This document shows positions 27,788-40,454 of a DNA stretch of 64,000 bases, piece after piece. The notes under the pieces were generated by a model, which made no database searches, was not told where the DNA came from, and saw nothing but the letters and a program-made list of their open reading frames with translations. Made by a program: the position numbers and the translations under genes. The stretch is from Azolla caroliniana (lineage: Eukaryota; Plantae; Polypodiophyta). How positions within the stretch are numbered: the stretch's first letter is position 1; every line of letters starts with the position of its first letter. The DNA is taken from assembly GCA_043228905.1 (NCBI GenBank), contig JBHGNT010000002.1:18476001-18540000 (forward strand). The letters run 5' to 3'.

Positions 27788-29512
27788 TGTTGAGAATCGA
27801 TGCTTCGATTCACCTTCACCACTCGGCCACAACCGAGCAAGCGCGAATCAATGGAGCAGAAAATAGGAACCACACGGAGAAACAAAACGCGAACACACAG
27901 GGATTAACGTGGAAAACCCTAGACGGGAAAAACCACGGGAGTACAAGACTCCAAACCAACACTATACAGAGAAGTATACAATGGCGAGCTGCAAGGCGAC
28001 GACCTTGAGCTCGCTGTCCTCGCCACAGGCGGCGGAAATACACAGAGGCGTCGACCTCTTCCTCTCTCTCTCGCGATCTATCTCTCTCTCACGGCTGCTC
28101 TCTCTTCACTCCTCTTGAGTGGAAAAACAGAAAAATGATGAGCAACTACAAAACTATTTGCCCTAAGTCATATTTATACACATATGACTTTAGGGCTATT
28201 TACAACTATAGCCTCAAGGGCCCTTGGCAAACATATTCGCAGATATGTCCCCGCATCCGGATCTCTCTCCGGGTACATTCGTCATCCGGTTCCGAAACCG
28301 GGGTCTTCATCATCCGGTTCCGAAACCGAAACCGGGCTTGTCGGCATTCATCTTCGGACATCCGACCATCCCATCCGAAAGGGACCATAATCCCAACAAA
28401 CTCCCCCTTCACTTCGGTATGGGATGTCTCTCCAATCCTATCCTCTTCCGGCATGCTTCCAGCTTGTCGGGTGTAAGCACCTTGGTCAGCATATCCGACC
28501 CGTTCTCGTCCGTGTGGATCTTCGTCAGCACGAACTCCTTGTCTTCTATCCTTTCCCGGATCCAGTGATATCTTCGCTGGATGTGCTTCGTCCGGGAGTG
28601 ATAGGCCGCGTTCTTCGCAAGGTGGATTGCGCTCTGACTGTCGCAGTAGAGTCGGTACTCCTCCTGTCGGATACCGAGCTCTCTAATGAAGTCCTTCATC
28701 CATATCATTTCCTTGCCGGCTTCAACAGCCGCCATGTACTCCGCCTCCGTGGTTGACAACGCAACCGTCTTTTGCAGCCTCGACTGCCATGAAACAGCTC
28801 CCCCTGCATACGTCATCACATACCCTGATGTGGACCGGCTGGTATACGTCATCACGTTTCTCTCCGANNNNNNNNNNNNNNNNNNNNNNNNNNNNNNNNN
28901 NNNNNNNNNNNNNNNNNNNNNNNNNNNNNNNNNNNNNNNNNNNNNNNNNNNNNNNNNNNNNNNNNNNAAGCAGAAAATAGGAACCACACGGAGAAACAAA
29001 ACGCGAACACACAGGGATTAACGTGGAAAACCCTAGACGGGAAAAACCACGGGAGTACAAGACTCCAAACCAACACTATACAGAGAAGTATACAATGGCG
29101 AGCTGCAAGGCGACGACCTTGAGCTCGCTGTCCTCGCCACAGGCGGCGGAAATACACAGAGGCGTCGACCTCTTCCTCTCTCTCTCGCGATCTATCTCTC
29201 TCTCACGGCTGCTCTCTCTTCACTCCTCTTGAGTGGAAAAACAGAAAAATGATGAGCAACTACAAAACTGTTTGCCCTAAGTCATATTTATACACATATG
29301 ACTTTAGGGCTATTTACAACTATAGCCTCAAGGGCCCTTGGCAAACATATTCGCAGATATGTCCCCGCATCCGGATCTCTCTCCAGGTACATTCGTCATC
29401 CGGTTCCGAAACCGGGGTCTTCATCATCCGGTTCCGAAACCGAAACCGGGCTTGTCGGCATTCATCTTCGGACATCCGACCATCCCATCCGAAAGGGACC
29501 ATAATCCCAACA
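27788..29512 (-). mobile_element. Very young Ty1/Copia element A3, interior lost in assembly gap
   Basis: LTR 27788-28398 and partial LTR 28968-29512 almost identical; TSD GGATG; PPT and RNase H at 28399-28860. Confidence 0.92.
28868..28967. other. Assembly gap (100 N)
   Basis: Run of n. Confidence 1.
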
Positions 29513-32500
29513 GGATGCTGAAGAAGGCTCTTCACCAAACCTTCTCAATGAAGGACCTGGGTCCGGCGAGGCAAATACTAGGGATGCACATCATCCGGGA
29601 CCGGAAGAAGAAGCAGTTGTGGCTGTCACAGGAGAAGTACGTGACAAAGGTGCTTCACCGGTTCAACATGTCGGAAACAAGACCGGTCGGGTCAACACTC
29701 CCGGCAAACTGCAAGCTGTCCAGCAAGCAGAGCCCCAAGACAAAGGCTGAGAAGGAGGACATGATGAAAGTACCATATGCCTCTGCCGTCGGGAGCTTGA
29801 TGTACGCAATGGTGTGTACCCGACCGGACATAGGATATGCAGTCGGAGTGGTGAGCCGGTACATGAGCAATCCCGGCAAAGAGCATTGGAACGCGGCCAA
29901 GTGGATACTCCGATACCTGAAGGGCACGACAAACGTGTGCCTCCGATTCGGCTCCGGTAAGCCCGAACTCGACGGCTTCACCGATTCGGATATGTCGGCT
30001 GATGCAGATACTAGCCGGTCCACATCAGGGTATGTGATGACGTATGCAGGGGGAGCTGTTTCATGGCAGTCGAGGCTGCAGAAGACGGTTGCGTTGTCAA
30101 CCACGGAGGCGGAGTACATGGCGGCTGTTGAAGCCGGCAAGGAAATAATATGGATGAAGGACTTCATTAGAGAGCTCGGTATCCGGCAGGAGGAGTACCG
30201 ACTCTACTGCGACAGTCAGAGTGCAATCCACCTTGCGAAGAACGCGGCCTATCACTCCCGGACGAAGCACATCCAGCGAAGATATCACTGGATCCGGGAA
30301 AGGATAGAAGACAAGGAGTTCGTGCTGACGAAGATCCACACGGACGAGAACGGGTCGGATATGCTGACCAAGGTGCTCACACCCGACAAGCTGGAAGCAT
30401 GCCGGAAGAGGATCGGATTGGAGAGACATCCCATGCCGAAGTGAAGGGGGAGTTTGTTGGGATTGCGGTCCCTCCGGATGGGATGGTCAGATGTCTGGAG
30501 ATGAATGACGACAAGCCCGGTTGCGGTTTCGGAACCGGATGATGAAGACCCCGGCTTCGGAGTCGGATGACGAATGTACCCGGAGAGAGATCCGGATGCG
30601 GGGACATATCTGTGAATATGTTTGCCAAGGGCCCTTGAGGCTATAGTTGTAAATAGCCTAAAGTCATATGTGTATAAATATGACTTAGGGCAAACAGTTT
30701 ATGTGTTGCTACTCATTTTCTGTTTTTCCACTCAAGAGGAGTGAAGAGAGAGCAGCCGTGAGAGAGATAGAGCGTGAGAGAGGAAGAGGTCGACGCCTCT
30801 GTGTAATTCCGCCGCCTGTGGCGAGGACAGCGAGCTCAAGGTCGTCGCCTTGCAGCTCGCCATTGTATATTTCTTTGTGCATAGTTTTGGTTCGGAGTCT
30901 TGTACTCCCGTGGTTTTTCCCGTACAGGTTTTTCCACGTTAAATCGTGTGTCCACTTATTTACCTTGCATTTCCCATTTTCTGCAACAACGATTCGTGTG
31001 TTTCCTTGGTTGTGGCCGAGAGGTGAAGTTTGGAAAGTGTCGATTATTTCCATCACAATCGACGAGCAGAGTGTTGTACTGTTTCGCGTCTTGTGTGGGC
31101 GAACAACTATTAAGCTACGTTCGGGATGCAAAAACGCCGAAGGGTGCGTGGGAAAATCTGAAGAAAACCTACAACAACGCGATTTGTCGGTGGCGGACTA
31201 TACCTCAAAGATCAAGGACATATGCGACTCCTTAGCTTCGATCGATGTGAACATCGAGGAAAGCGAGATGGTCCAGGTTTGTCTCGGGGGTTTGGCATCA
31301 AAGTTAGGGACGTTCCGAACTGCTGTGTGTACCCGGGAGAATACGCCGTCCTTTTTTGACTTACAGTCGATGCTCCTGGTAGAGGAGAATCACGCGGGTG
31401 CGTCAACGAGCATGCACACCGACAGCATGATGTTGTACACGGAGGGAGATAGGCCCTGTGGACGTGGAGGATGAAGCGAGTAGGTGCACAATGGAGGCGA
31501 CCGACGAGATCAAGGAAGAAGGCATTGAAATGATGCTGATAGCAAGGGAAACAGGGGGAGTCGAGGCGATGAGAACCGGCAAGGGAAACCCACCACAAAA
31601 TGCTGGTACTGTGGCTAGAAAGGTTACAGGGAGACCGAGTGCTGGAAAAAGCGCGTCGAGTCGGAGAGGACCAGTTCCGGATCTGGTTCCGAACATACCG
31701 ACAAAGGAAACCGGCAACTATCGCACTACGCCGAAGTATCCGAATAAGCCAGAAAAGGGTCTGCCTTCGTGATGAGACACGAACCAAACTCAATGAAGCA
31801 GACCACACCGTAATCGGACGAGGTGTGGTACGTCGACTCTGATGCGTCAAATCACATGACGAGCCATAAGGAGTGGTTCTCCTACCTAGAAAACCGATGC
31901 AACCGGGAGTAGTTGCAACCGAAGACGACACTCTACATCCGATCACGAATGTTGGAGAAATTCCCCTGAGCCATGTCGGGCAGAAAGGGAAACTCATGAA
32001 CGTGCTACACCTTCCGACAATCACGAAGAACTTGGTGTCGGTCTGACAGATCGTCAACCAAGGGATGGAGATCTGGTTTACACACCTCGGGTGCTTCATT
32101 GGGGAAGACGGCCGTGTTATTGTGCAAGGGCGTAGAGATGGGAGGATGTTCATCCTCGACTCTACTAACGGTGGCACCGCAATGTTCGCAACGAGACAAA
32201 AAGTCGAGTTGGGCATCGACCTATGGCACAAGCAGATAGGCCACATCAACTATCACTGGCTTCAAGACCTGCAATCAAAGCAAGTGGTGTTCGGATTGCC
32301 CAAATTTAGTGGCCGGAAGGCACAAATTTGTGAAGCTTGCTAGCTTGGGAAGCAACACAGACTTCCTTTCCCCAACGAGCGTAACCGGAGGCGGAACAAG
32401 CTCGACTTGATACACTCCGATGTGTGGGGGCGGGCACAAAACGTTAGTCTTGGCGGGAGCCAATATTTCGTCTCCTTCATCGACAACTACACGCGACACA

Positions 32501-33603
32501 TGTGAACCTACCTCATTGAGAGGAAGAGCGAAGTCTTCGACTGTTTCCGAGACCTCAAAGGGTTCGTGGAAACGGAAACAGGAAGAAAGATTAGGTGCCT
32601 ACAGTTGGATGGTGGAAAAGAATACTTTTCCGGTCAATTCAACGGTTATCTACAACAGATGGGAATTCGGCGCGAATTTAGTTGTAGATACACGCCGTAG
32701 CAAAATGGTGTGGCCGAGAAGAAAAATCGGTCAGTTGTGGAAGCGGCACGGGCAATGCTGGAGGAGAAGAGCTTGCCCAAGATCTACTGGGCCGAGGAGG
32801 TAAGGACCACGGTATACATCCAGAACTGGATCGGAGACAGAGCGTCGGCACACGAGCTATATTTCGGAACGAAGCCGAACTTGTGACACTTACAAGTTTT
32901 CGGTAGCATTGCGTATGTGCATGTGCCGAAGGAGAAACGGAGGAAGCTGGACGCAAAGGCCGAGAAATGTATCTTGGTCGGTTACTCGGACGAGCAGAAG
33001 GGTTATAAGTGTTATAACCCGTGCACCAAACAAGCGCGCGTGAGCCACGACGTTGTGTTTGATGAGTCTGCGCCCTGGTACTTGCCTCCGACTCCGGATC
33101 TCAACTCCAATCCGAGCTCTGATGATGAGGTCAACGAGATTGAGATGCCCAGTCCCCACGTAGGAAGCCGATGCGCCGGCCTACGCATAAAGAGAAAGGG
33201 AAGAAGAAGGTGTCGGATTCCGGCACGGATAGGAACGAGTCGAACCGACGCGAGTCTGATACCTAGGGAAGCCATGACGGGTCTTCAAGAGTGAAGTCCG
33301 CGCCGGCCGAGAAGAACTCGACATCGGCTAATGACCGATTATGCCAATCTACCCGCCAGAAGAACCGAGTTGTGCGGTTCGGATACAACGAGTACATGGC
33401 GCATCATTATGCGTACATGACCCGTGTAGTGAAAGTGCGTGAGCCGGAGAGCTACGCAGAAGCGGCTAAGGACGTGAATTGGTGCGCCGCGATGGAGGAA
33501 GAGATGCACGCATTGGCGGAAAACGAGACCTGGGACCTGGTTGACGCACCGAAGGGTGTGAAGCCGATCGGATGTAGGTGGGTTTACAAGGTCAAGTACA
33601 ACA

Positions 33604-33626
33604 CCCTAAACCCTAAACCCTAAACC
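33604..33626. repeat. Interstitial plant telomere repeat (CCCTAAA)3 at a deletion junction
   Basis: ccctaaaccctaaaccctaaacc replaces the RT segment between KVKYNT and ..VCRLKKSLYGLKQ. Confidence 0.85.
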
Positions 33627-35721
33627 TCGGATTTCACTCTGGAACGAACACGCCGACAGTGTGCCGATTGAAGAAGTCCCTTTACGGACTGAAGCAAGCC
33701 CTGCGTGCCTGGAACTTGAAGATCACGCAGCAACTGCATCGGATGGGTTTTACAACATCAAAATTGGACTCTTCCTTGTTCATCCGGAAAGGTCGACTCA
33801 GTTTGGTTAGTATTTTACTATATTTTGATGACTTGGTCATCACCGGCGCCGACCTAGGTGAAATAGACCGCGTGAAGCTCTAGCTTGCGGCATCGTTCGA
33901 CATGAAGGACCCGGGGGATCTTCATTACTTCCTCGGGATCGAAGTGATCCATACCCCCGAAGGCATATTGATCAGCCAATGCCATTATGTGTTGAGTATG
34001 CTCTTCAAATTCGGGATGGCCGACTGTAAGTCCATCTCAATTCCTCTAGATAGAACCGTCAAGCTTCGCCCTAACTCCGGAAAGGTATGCAACCTGATGA
34101 GGTTCCGACAAATTGTCGGAAGCATTATCTACTTGACAATCACCCGACCCAATCTAAGTTACCCGGTCGGAGTGATCAATCAGCTCATGGCGCGACCTAC
34201 CGAGGAGCACCTTCAGTGTGCGCAATGCATATTGCGGTACGTAAGTGGCACTAAGGACCGGGGACTGCTATACTGGACCGGTACAACCTTGCAGTTGGTC
34301 GGCTACACCGATGCTGATTGGGCTAGCAACGCCGCCGATCGCCGATCCACGTCTAGATACACGTTCTCTCTTGGGAGTGCCGCGATAGCGTGGAGCAGTA
34401 AGAAGCAGCCGACAGTTGCACTGTCAAGCACCGAAGCTGAGTACCGAGGAGCGGCTGTCCTGACATGCGAAGCCATATGGTTGAAGCGGCTACTTAACGA
34501 CCTGCAAGAGGAGGTGTCTGATCAGACGACGATCTACTATGACAACCTCAGTAGCATCCAGCTCGCAAAGAACCCCATTTTCCACGCACGGACCAAGCAC
34601 ATTGAGGTCCACTACCATTTTTTCCGTGAGCGTGTCCTTTCCGGTGAAGTCAAAATTCAGTATGTTTCGACGGATCGGCAAACTGCCGACATCTTCACCT
34701 AGCCCCTTGGTCTGGAATGGTTGCGGCAATTCTCGGGTGCGCTTGGGTTGTGTCACCTCGACGTGCCAAACTTGAGGGGGAGAACAGTCTCGAAAGACCG
34801 TGCAAGGGAGCAGGAAGAGAGGAAAAGAGGCCGCGACATCGAGTCGGATGACGAATTCGACTTCGGATCGGCTGAAGAAGCCGAGGGCGGATCCGCGGAA
34901 GACTCCAAAAGCGGACATAAGGGGAGCAGCCGAAAGAAAGAGCTGAAGCCAACCAAGCATGGGGGAGATGACGCCATCAAAGGTGAGAAGACCGAAGATG
35001 AGTTGGAGACAGCCAACTCGAATGAGAGCGAAAACTGATCGGAGGTAGTCGAGTCGGTTCAGATGTTTGATTCGGATACACTGAATCAACCGAGGGCCAA
35101 GCAGGAAAGAAGGCAATAGGAGAAGCGCCAACACCGCGACAGCAAGGGAGCTGTGAAGGGCCATAGCAGCAGACAAGACGACCGGAAGGGTCGAAGCGCG
35201 CGGAGTTGAACAGGCCGAGGAGTGCGAGCGAGGAGGAACCGGAGTGGTGACCCGGAAGATCCCGAAGAGCCTCAAGTTGAGTTTGAGGGGGAGTGTTGAG
35301 AGACAAGCTCAACATCGGCCAGATCGGGTGAGCAAGCTGAGGATCGGATCGGTTGGGACCGATCGGTTAGGCTGGATCGGTACCGGTACGTAGACCGGTG
35401 CATAGGAAGGCCGGATCGGTGCAGAAACCGTGAGGCCATCAGAAAGATATTCCGCAAGGAATTTATTTGGGAGTTAGTGTAGGGGCTCCTTAATGAGCAT
35501 TGAAGTACTGTCAATACTTCTATCAGTCCAAAAAGGACTTGTATAAAGTGTTCATTGAACACACACAATGTACAGATTTGAGTATTATTTTGAATATAGT
35601 TCTGGTTTTTACTCTCTCTCTCTGTCTCTCCCGTCCATACTGTGCAAACCTAAGCTTTCCATTAAACCTATGTTTTCTGTTGTTCGGTTTCCTATGTTGC
35701 TTCCGCATGCCATTCTTTTCA

Positions 35722-36200
35722 ATATGTATCAAAGTTAGTACAATGCATATCAAGTTAGTACTAAAACTATGTTAAGTGTTTACTAACCTAGACATATCAA
35801 TGCGATCTATCTTACTAAGATGAGTTCTCAAATAGTATCAAATTCACATTCTCATGTCAAGTATCTTTCCTTGCCCTCTCGTGTCATGTGTTTGGTATTT
35901 TGATGTTAAAAGTAAGGGTCAGTCATCATTCATAGCACATACTCTTTCCTTCTTTATATCCACTTTGCTTTGTCTAGTGTGTGGTACACTCATGATTCAC
36001 AGATTGAACACGTTAAATGCTAGTACTAATACAAAGGTTTGTTCAAGTATACATACCATGTTATGCCTATAACTCTTTTACAGTTCATATGTATCAAAGT
36101 TAGTACAATGCATATCAAGTTAGTACTAAAACTGTCACATATGAGTTCTTTGTGATCATTCTTTGTAAGATGAGTTCTCAAATAGTATCAAACTCACATT
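35722..36200. repeat. Diverged ~360-bp tandem unit; another copy at ~23110-23450 on the other side of Copia C
   Basis: TGTTAAAAGTAAGGG..TTTGCTTTGTCTAGTGTGTGGTACACTCATGA at both ~23263 and ~35903. Confidence 0.75.
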
Positions 36201-36501
36201 CTAGATAAGTAAACCAAAACAGTGTCAAGAAGCAGGTAATCAATAACTTAGCATTAAGTAATCATATACAGACAACGATCTAAATAAAATATACTTCAAT
36301 TTTAGTTTTTTCTGGATCTTGTAATGCACCTATTTTTTGTTTCATTCTTCTAAGATTTCACACCCTTCTTCGTCTTAAAGCCACGAGGTAGTAGACTACT
36401 GAGTGGCACTTCATCATCAGAAGGGCAAGCCAAGCTTGAGGGAACAATGTGCTTTATTGCAACTGCCTGAGATGCACACACTTCCAAGAAGATGCGGTCA
36501 A

Positions 36502-36537
36502 AACACGTTCGCGTTCACAAGTGGAAGGATCGCGCAT
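36502..36537 (+). repeat. Left TIR
   Basis: AACACGTTCGCGTTCACAAGTGGAAGGATCGCGCAT. Confidence 0.95.
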
Positions 36538-36859
36538 AAATGGAAGGAGAAGGGAAATTTTAGGGGTTTTTCAATGATTTTACAAAACACATTGATACCA
36601 GTATCATACAAGTTCAAACATACTATGAAAAAGGTTAAAAATCCACTATTTTCGTGATTTAGAAGTAACTAAAAAAAGACGAATTTCAAAAACATACATT
36701 CTCAATTTATATCACAAACTTTACAACCAATGTTATTTTATAAGAAACGATTTTTGGGAAATCATAAGAATTCAAAACACATGATTTTATATTACTCGAT
36801 TTGTTACAAGCGGAATGTAGTTACACTTAATAGCCAAATATACATTCATGATCACTCCT

Positions 36860-39641
36860 TTACGGAGAATCACTACTATAACTAATATACAATGACGATT
36901 CCTCCTCATCATCCTCGGATGTACCAATCAGTGCATTATCTTCGTCATAAACCAAATGGTTTGACTCTAGATTATATGTAGCAGATCTCGTTTGCCTTTG
37001 ACTTGAGCCACCTTGTAGACCTGGTAATTTTTCTTTTATTATATCTATTGTTGACTTCCTTAATCGTCCGGCTTTTGTAAGTGTGAAGTCGTACACGATG
37101 ATATCCACATCAGAGATATCAAGGGTCGAGGTATTACGAATGTTTCGCTTCCTCTTCCTACCTCCCCTTCTTGTTTGGCATTCAATCATCTCCAATGTAT
37201 ACTTACCTGTAAAAGCATTTGCACTTCTAGTGTTGTACCAATGAACATTTATAGACTTGATCGTGTTATCTATTTCATGCATTAGCACTTCTAGAATTTT
37301 ACCAACCCAAAATTGGTGGCCATGTGAGTTCTCATCAGCCGGCGTTGCAATCAACATCCCCGCGGTGAGCTCTTGCAAATTTCCTTGCCAAATAGCTTCG
37401 GCTGCTTTGGTCATCCTTGGTCCCACATAAATGTCTCTTTGTTGTGGATGGACCAAGCTGTCATTAATCGCATTTACTAGTCGCTCCGGACTTCTATTTA
37501 CGCAATCATGTTGCAGCGACCATGTGAATGGCGTTTCCAAATTCCAATTATCAACAGATACACAATTGTCTATAATTTCTTTCTGATCACTATAAAATAC
37601 ATCCCACCATGACGTGTCTTGTTGTGCGGCATATTTCTTGGCGGCCTCAATATGTTTTCTTTTTTCTTCTAAGGCTTGGAGCCATGACCGTTTTTGTTCT
37701 AATACCAAGTCGCTCTGCAACTGTCCTTTCTTCTCAATTGGCATTTGCTTAGCTCCATGGACAATTGTACTCGGCATACAAAGTAATAACTGGCAACCAC
37801 CTTCAGGTTCCCATGTTGTAGAAGATGAATATTGTTTAGCATACAAAAGTGTAGAACCACTTATTCCATTTTTCTTTATCAAAAAAATGTGATTGAAACT
37901 TATATTGTTTAACTGAGCAAGCACTTTAACATTCCCACCACCCCCATCTAATATATATCTCTTAAAGTCATATACCTCCTTCAAGTGTAACACTTTTGGG
38001 CGTGGTGTATATGCATCACAAATGACATCAAATAGTTTAGGTAAAGTGAAAGCATCATGCCGAGACAACTGTCTGGAGAATGTGCTAAACATCTGATCTA
38101 TATGGTCATGTGTGTGGCCAACCAAAAGGAAATTGACTTTCACTTTCCTAAACAATTCTAGGTTGACCAACATACTTAGATAGCCAAATACAGTTGAATT
38201 TTTGTTTTCTCTAGCAGTATTGTCCAATTGAATGTATAGAACAGGGGGGAAAGGTTGTCCCCAAGACATCAAAACTCGGTGAATCACTGTAACTGTTAGG
38301 TTAGGGTCATTGTGAACATTGGGGTAAGTAATGAAGACGTGAGGTCGAACAGACCTATTATAAGCCAAGCATCCCACCAAGTGCATTTGAACAAGGCACT
38401 CATCATTGACATCTTTGGGGAGCCTCCGCATATGCGGCAAGCATGTCTTCTTCTGGTCCATGCCATCTATCATTAAGCACATGTATTGTTCAGGCCTCTT
38501 CAAACACTTCTCTCTATGATGCATCGCCTTCCTTCGTTCTAAGGATTGTGCCTCACGATGCTCTTGTAGTAACTTCTTACTCGTATCCTTTTCCATTGAT
38601 GTCTTTGCACCTTTAGCCAAACTTTTAAGATTTGCACAAATGGAGCAATAACCCATACGTACTTTACGAGGAATAATAACATTTGAAAAACCGAGCTCTC
38701 CATAATCTTGTGAATTGGCTATAGGTGATAGACTTATTACGTGAGCCCAACATTTCAGATCGATAGACATCATAAACTTCCCGACGGGTATAATTATTAG
38801 AAAGATGCATCCTACCTGTAGTGGGCATTACTTCACAATTTAACTGAAAGTAAGTTTTCATCCAACCAATAGCTAGTCTTCCAATTGCACCTTTCATACT
38901 TGGAACCTCTTTACAATTGAGCATCTGATCCCCGCTAAGTAGACGTTGTTGTACTCTATGTAGCCGCATGTTACTAACACATAACACAATTTTGAATGCA
39001 ACTCTACATATCTGTTGCGCATGGAAGATATAATACTCGAATGATACTTTGATCCCCGTACATTTGTCAGATACTAGTTGCATATGTGATCCGAGGTAAG
39101 TGTCTTGCTCATCACCGGTCATCGAAAAATAGTATCGCCTTAATTCTCGCAACTTTGATTTTCCAATCATAGACATACAACCACGGGCACAACATATTTT
39201 GTTGACATCAAATCCAATCTGTTTATCTGATGTCACCAAGCTAAATCTAGCCAGACGAATTCTTCGTGGGATTCTTCTAATATGCATAGGGCTCCCAGAT
39301 TTCTCTTCCTGCATAGAGGTTGGTGTAACCTTGTTACAGTCTAATTCTCTGTTCTGACCATCGCCAATGTTATTCAATGTTTCCTGGGCACTTCCTTCAT
39401 TCTCGGTATCTTTATTAATATCGTATTCTTCAATAGAGAACTCTTCACATGTGTCATTATTTACATTCCCTATAGATGAGCTCAGACAATATTCTTCGAT
39501 AGAATATGGTGAGTCGGTCGAAAGACAATATTCTTCAATCGAATATGGTGACTCTGTTGACAAACAATACTCTTCAGTAGAAAACGATGGGTCTGATGAC
39601 AAACAATATTCTTCAATCGAGAACGGTGAATCTTCACTCAT
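36860..39641 (-). CDS. Sola1/DUF7869-like DDD transposase (~925 aa once a single-base frameshift near 38688 is corrected)
   Basis: IDGMDQKKT, YIQLDNTARENKN and FLLVGHTHDHIDQMFS; Cys clusters CCARGC, ICRVAF, CSIC; the two ORFs join as ..FTRLWRARF|SNVIIPRKVRMGYCSIC; N-terminal SIEEYCLS repeats; C-terminal FWVGKI..VHWY domain. Confidence 0.85.
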
Positions 39642-40313
39642 GGCTTAAGGTCTAGATAGGGCTCTCTAAGTTATACTCCTCTCTAACCATATACTCCTCC
39701 CTAAACATAAACTTCTCTCTAAAGAAAAGCCAAATCAATAGAATGTCTATATTATGTAATATTCTATTAAAATACAATACATCTAAAAATTATTTTTAAT
39801 AAAGTAATTTAACTTAAATTATCAATCATTATATAAACTAGATCTAAATGATGTTAAATCAAGTAAAATTAAAACTAATCATTAACAAGCCTTGAATATG
39901 TTGGATTAATGTTAAAATCATTGGCTAATTAATGACACCCATTTTGATATAGAACGTCTCACTCATTGATTCTTTAATGCTCACCATTTTAAATATTAGA
40001 CTTACCAATCATTGGTTAATTCATGCCCACATCTTTAATACATAACATTTGAGAGTCATAAAATTTTTTGCTTTTAGTAATCAATCATTGGTACAATCAT
40101 GAACCTCTATCATTGTCTCCTTCATAACCTTTGAAGTGATTGTAGGTTGTTATGAGTATAAAAGATTGATCAATATGTTAGTTTGACTTTGTAATCATTA
40201 ATACAATCATAAGTTACTATAGTTAATGTGACTATGGTTACAAACTAACTATCCTCAAAGTTACCAACATTGGTTAAGGTGACTATGGTTACTTTAACCA
40301 TGGGTTCAATCCC

Positions 40314-40321
40314 TATAAATA
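40314..40321 (+). promoter_or_regulatory. TATA box of the methyltransferase gene
   Basis: CCCTATAAATAG about 140 bp upstream of ATG 40455; putative 5' UTR contains 10-bp CAGAGCACA-type repeats. Confidence 0.65.
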
Positions 40322-40454
40322 GGAAGACCTCATCATATTTCACTCACCAGAGCGTACAGAGCGTACAGAGCACACAGAGCACACAGAGCACACAGAGCAC
40401 TCAAGGCACAAAGCACGAAAGCGCGATCTCCGCCTCCACACAACACGATCAACC

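Larger units (their letters stand above)
24772..30444 (+). pseudogene. Copia A2 gag-pol polyprotein (frameshift ~25575; interrupted by A3)
   Basis: gag CFHCGKPGHFRKNC, protease WVVDSGAS, GAG-pre-integrase WHKRLCH, integrase DNGGEY/NGLAER, RT YVDD, RNase H TDSD..EAEY; RT resumes after the TSD at 29518. Confidence 0.93.
24139..31055 (+). mobile_element. Young Ty1/Copia element A2
   Basis: LTRs 24139-24741 and 30455-31055 nearly identical; TSD CAATC; PBS-Met at 24745; PPT before 30455. Confidence 0.97.
23451..35721 (+). mobile_element. Ty1/Copia element C (second Copia family), degenerate, hosts A2 and A3
   Basis: LTRs 23451-23877 and 35294-35721; TSD ATATG; PBS at 23878; PPT TGAGGGGGAG; gag resumes at 31061; INT/RT/RH fragments to ~34700. 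Confidence 0.95.

Noticed and set aside
23444-35275. Long antisense ORFs over Copia elements and LTRs
   Set aside because: Shadows of GC-rich gag-pol frames, or ORFs crossing insertion junctions
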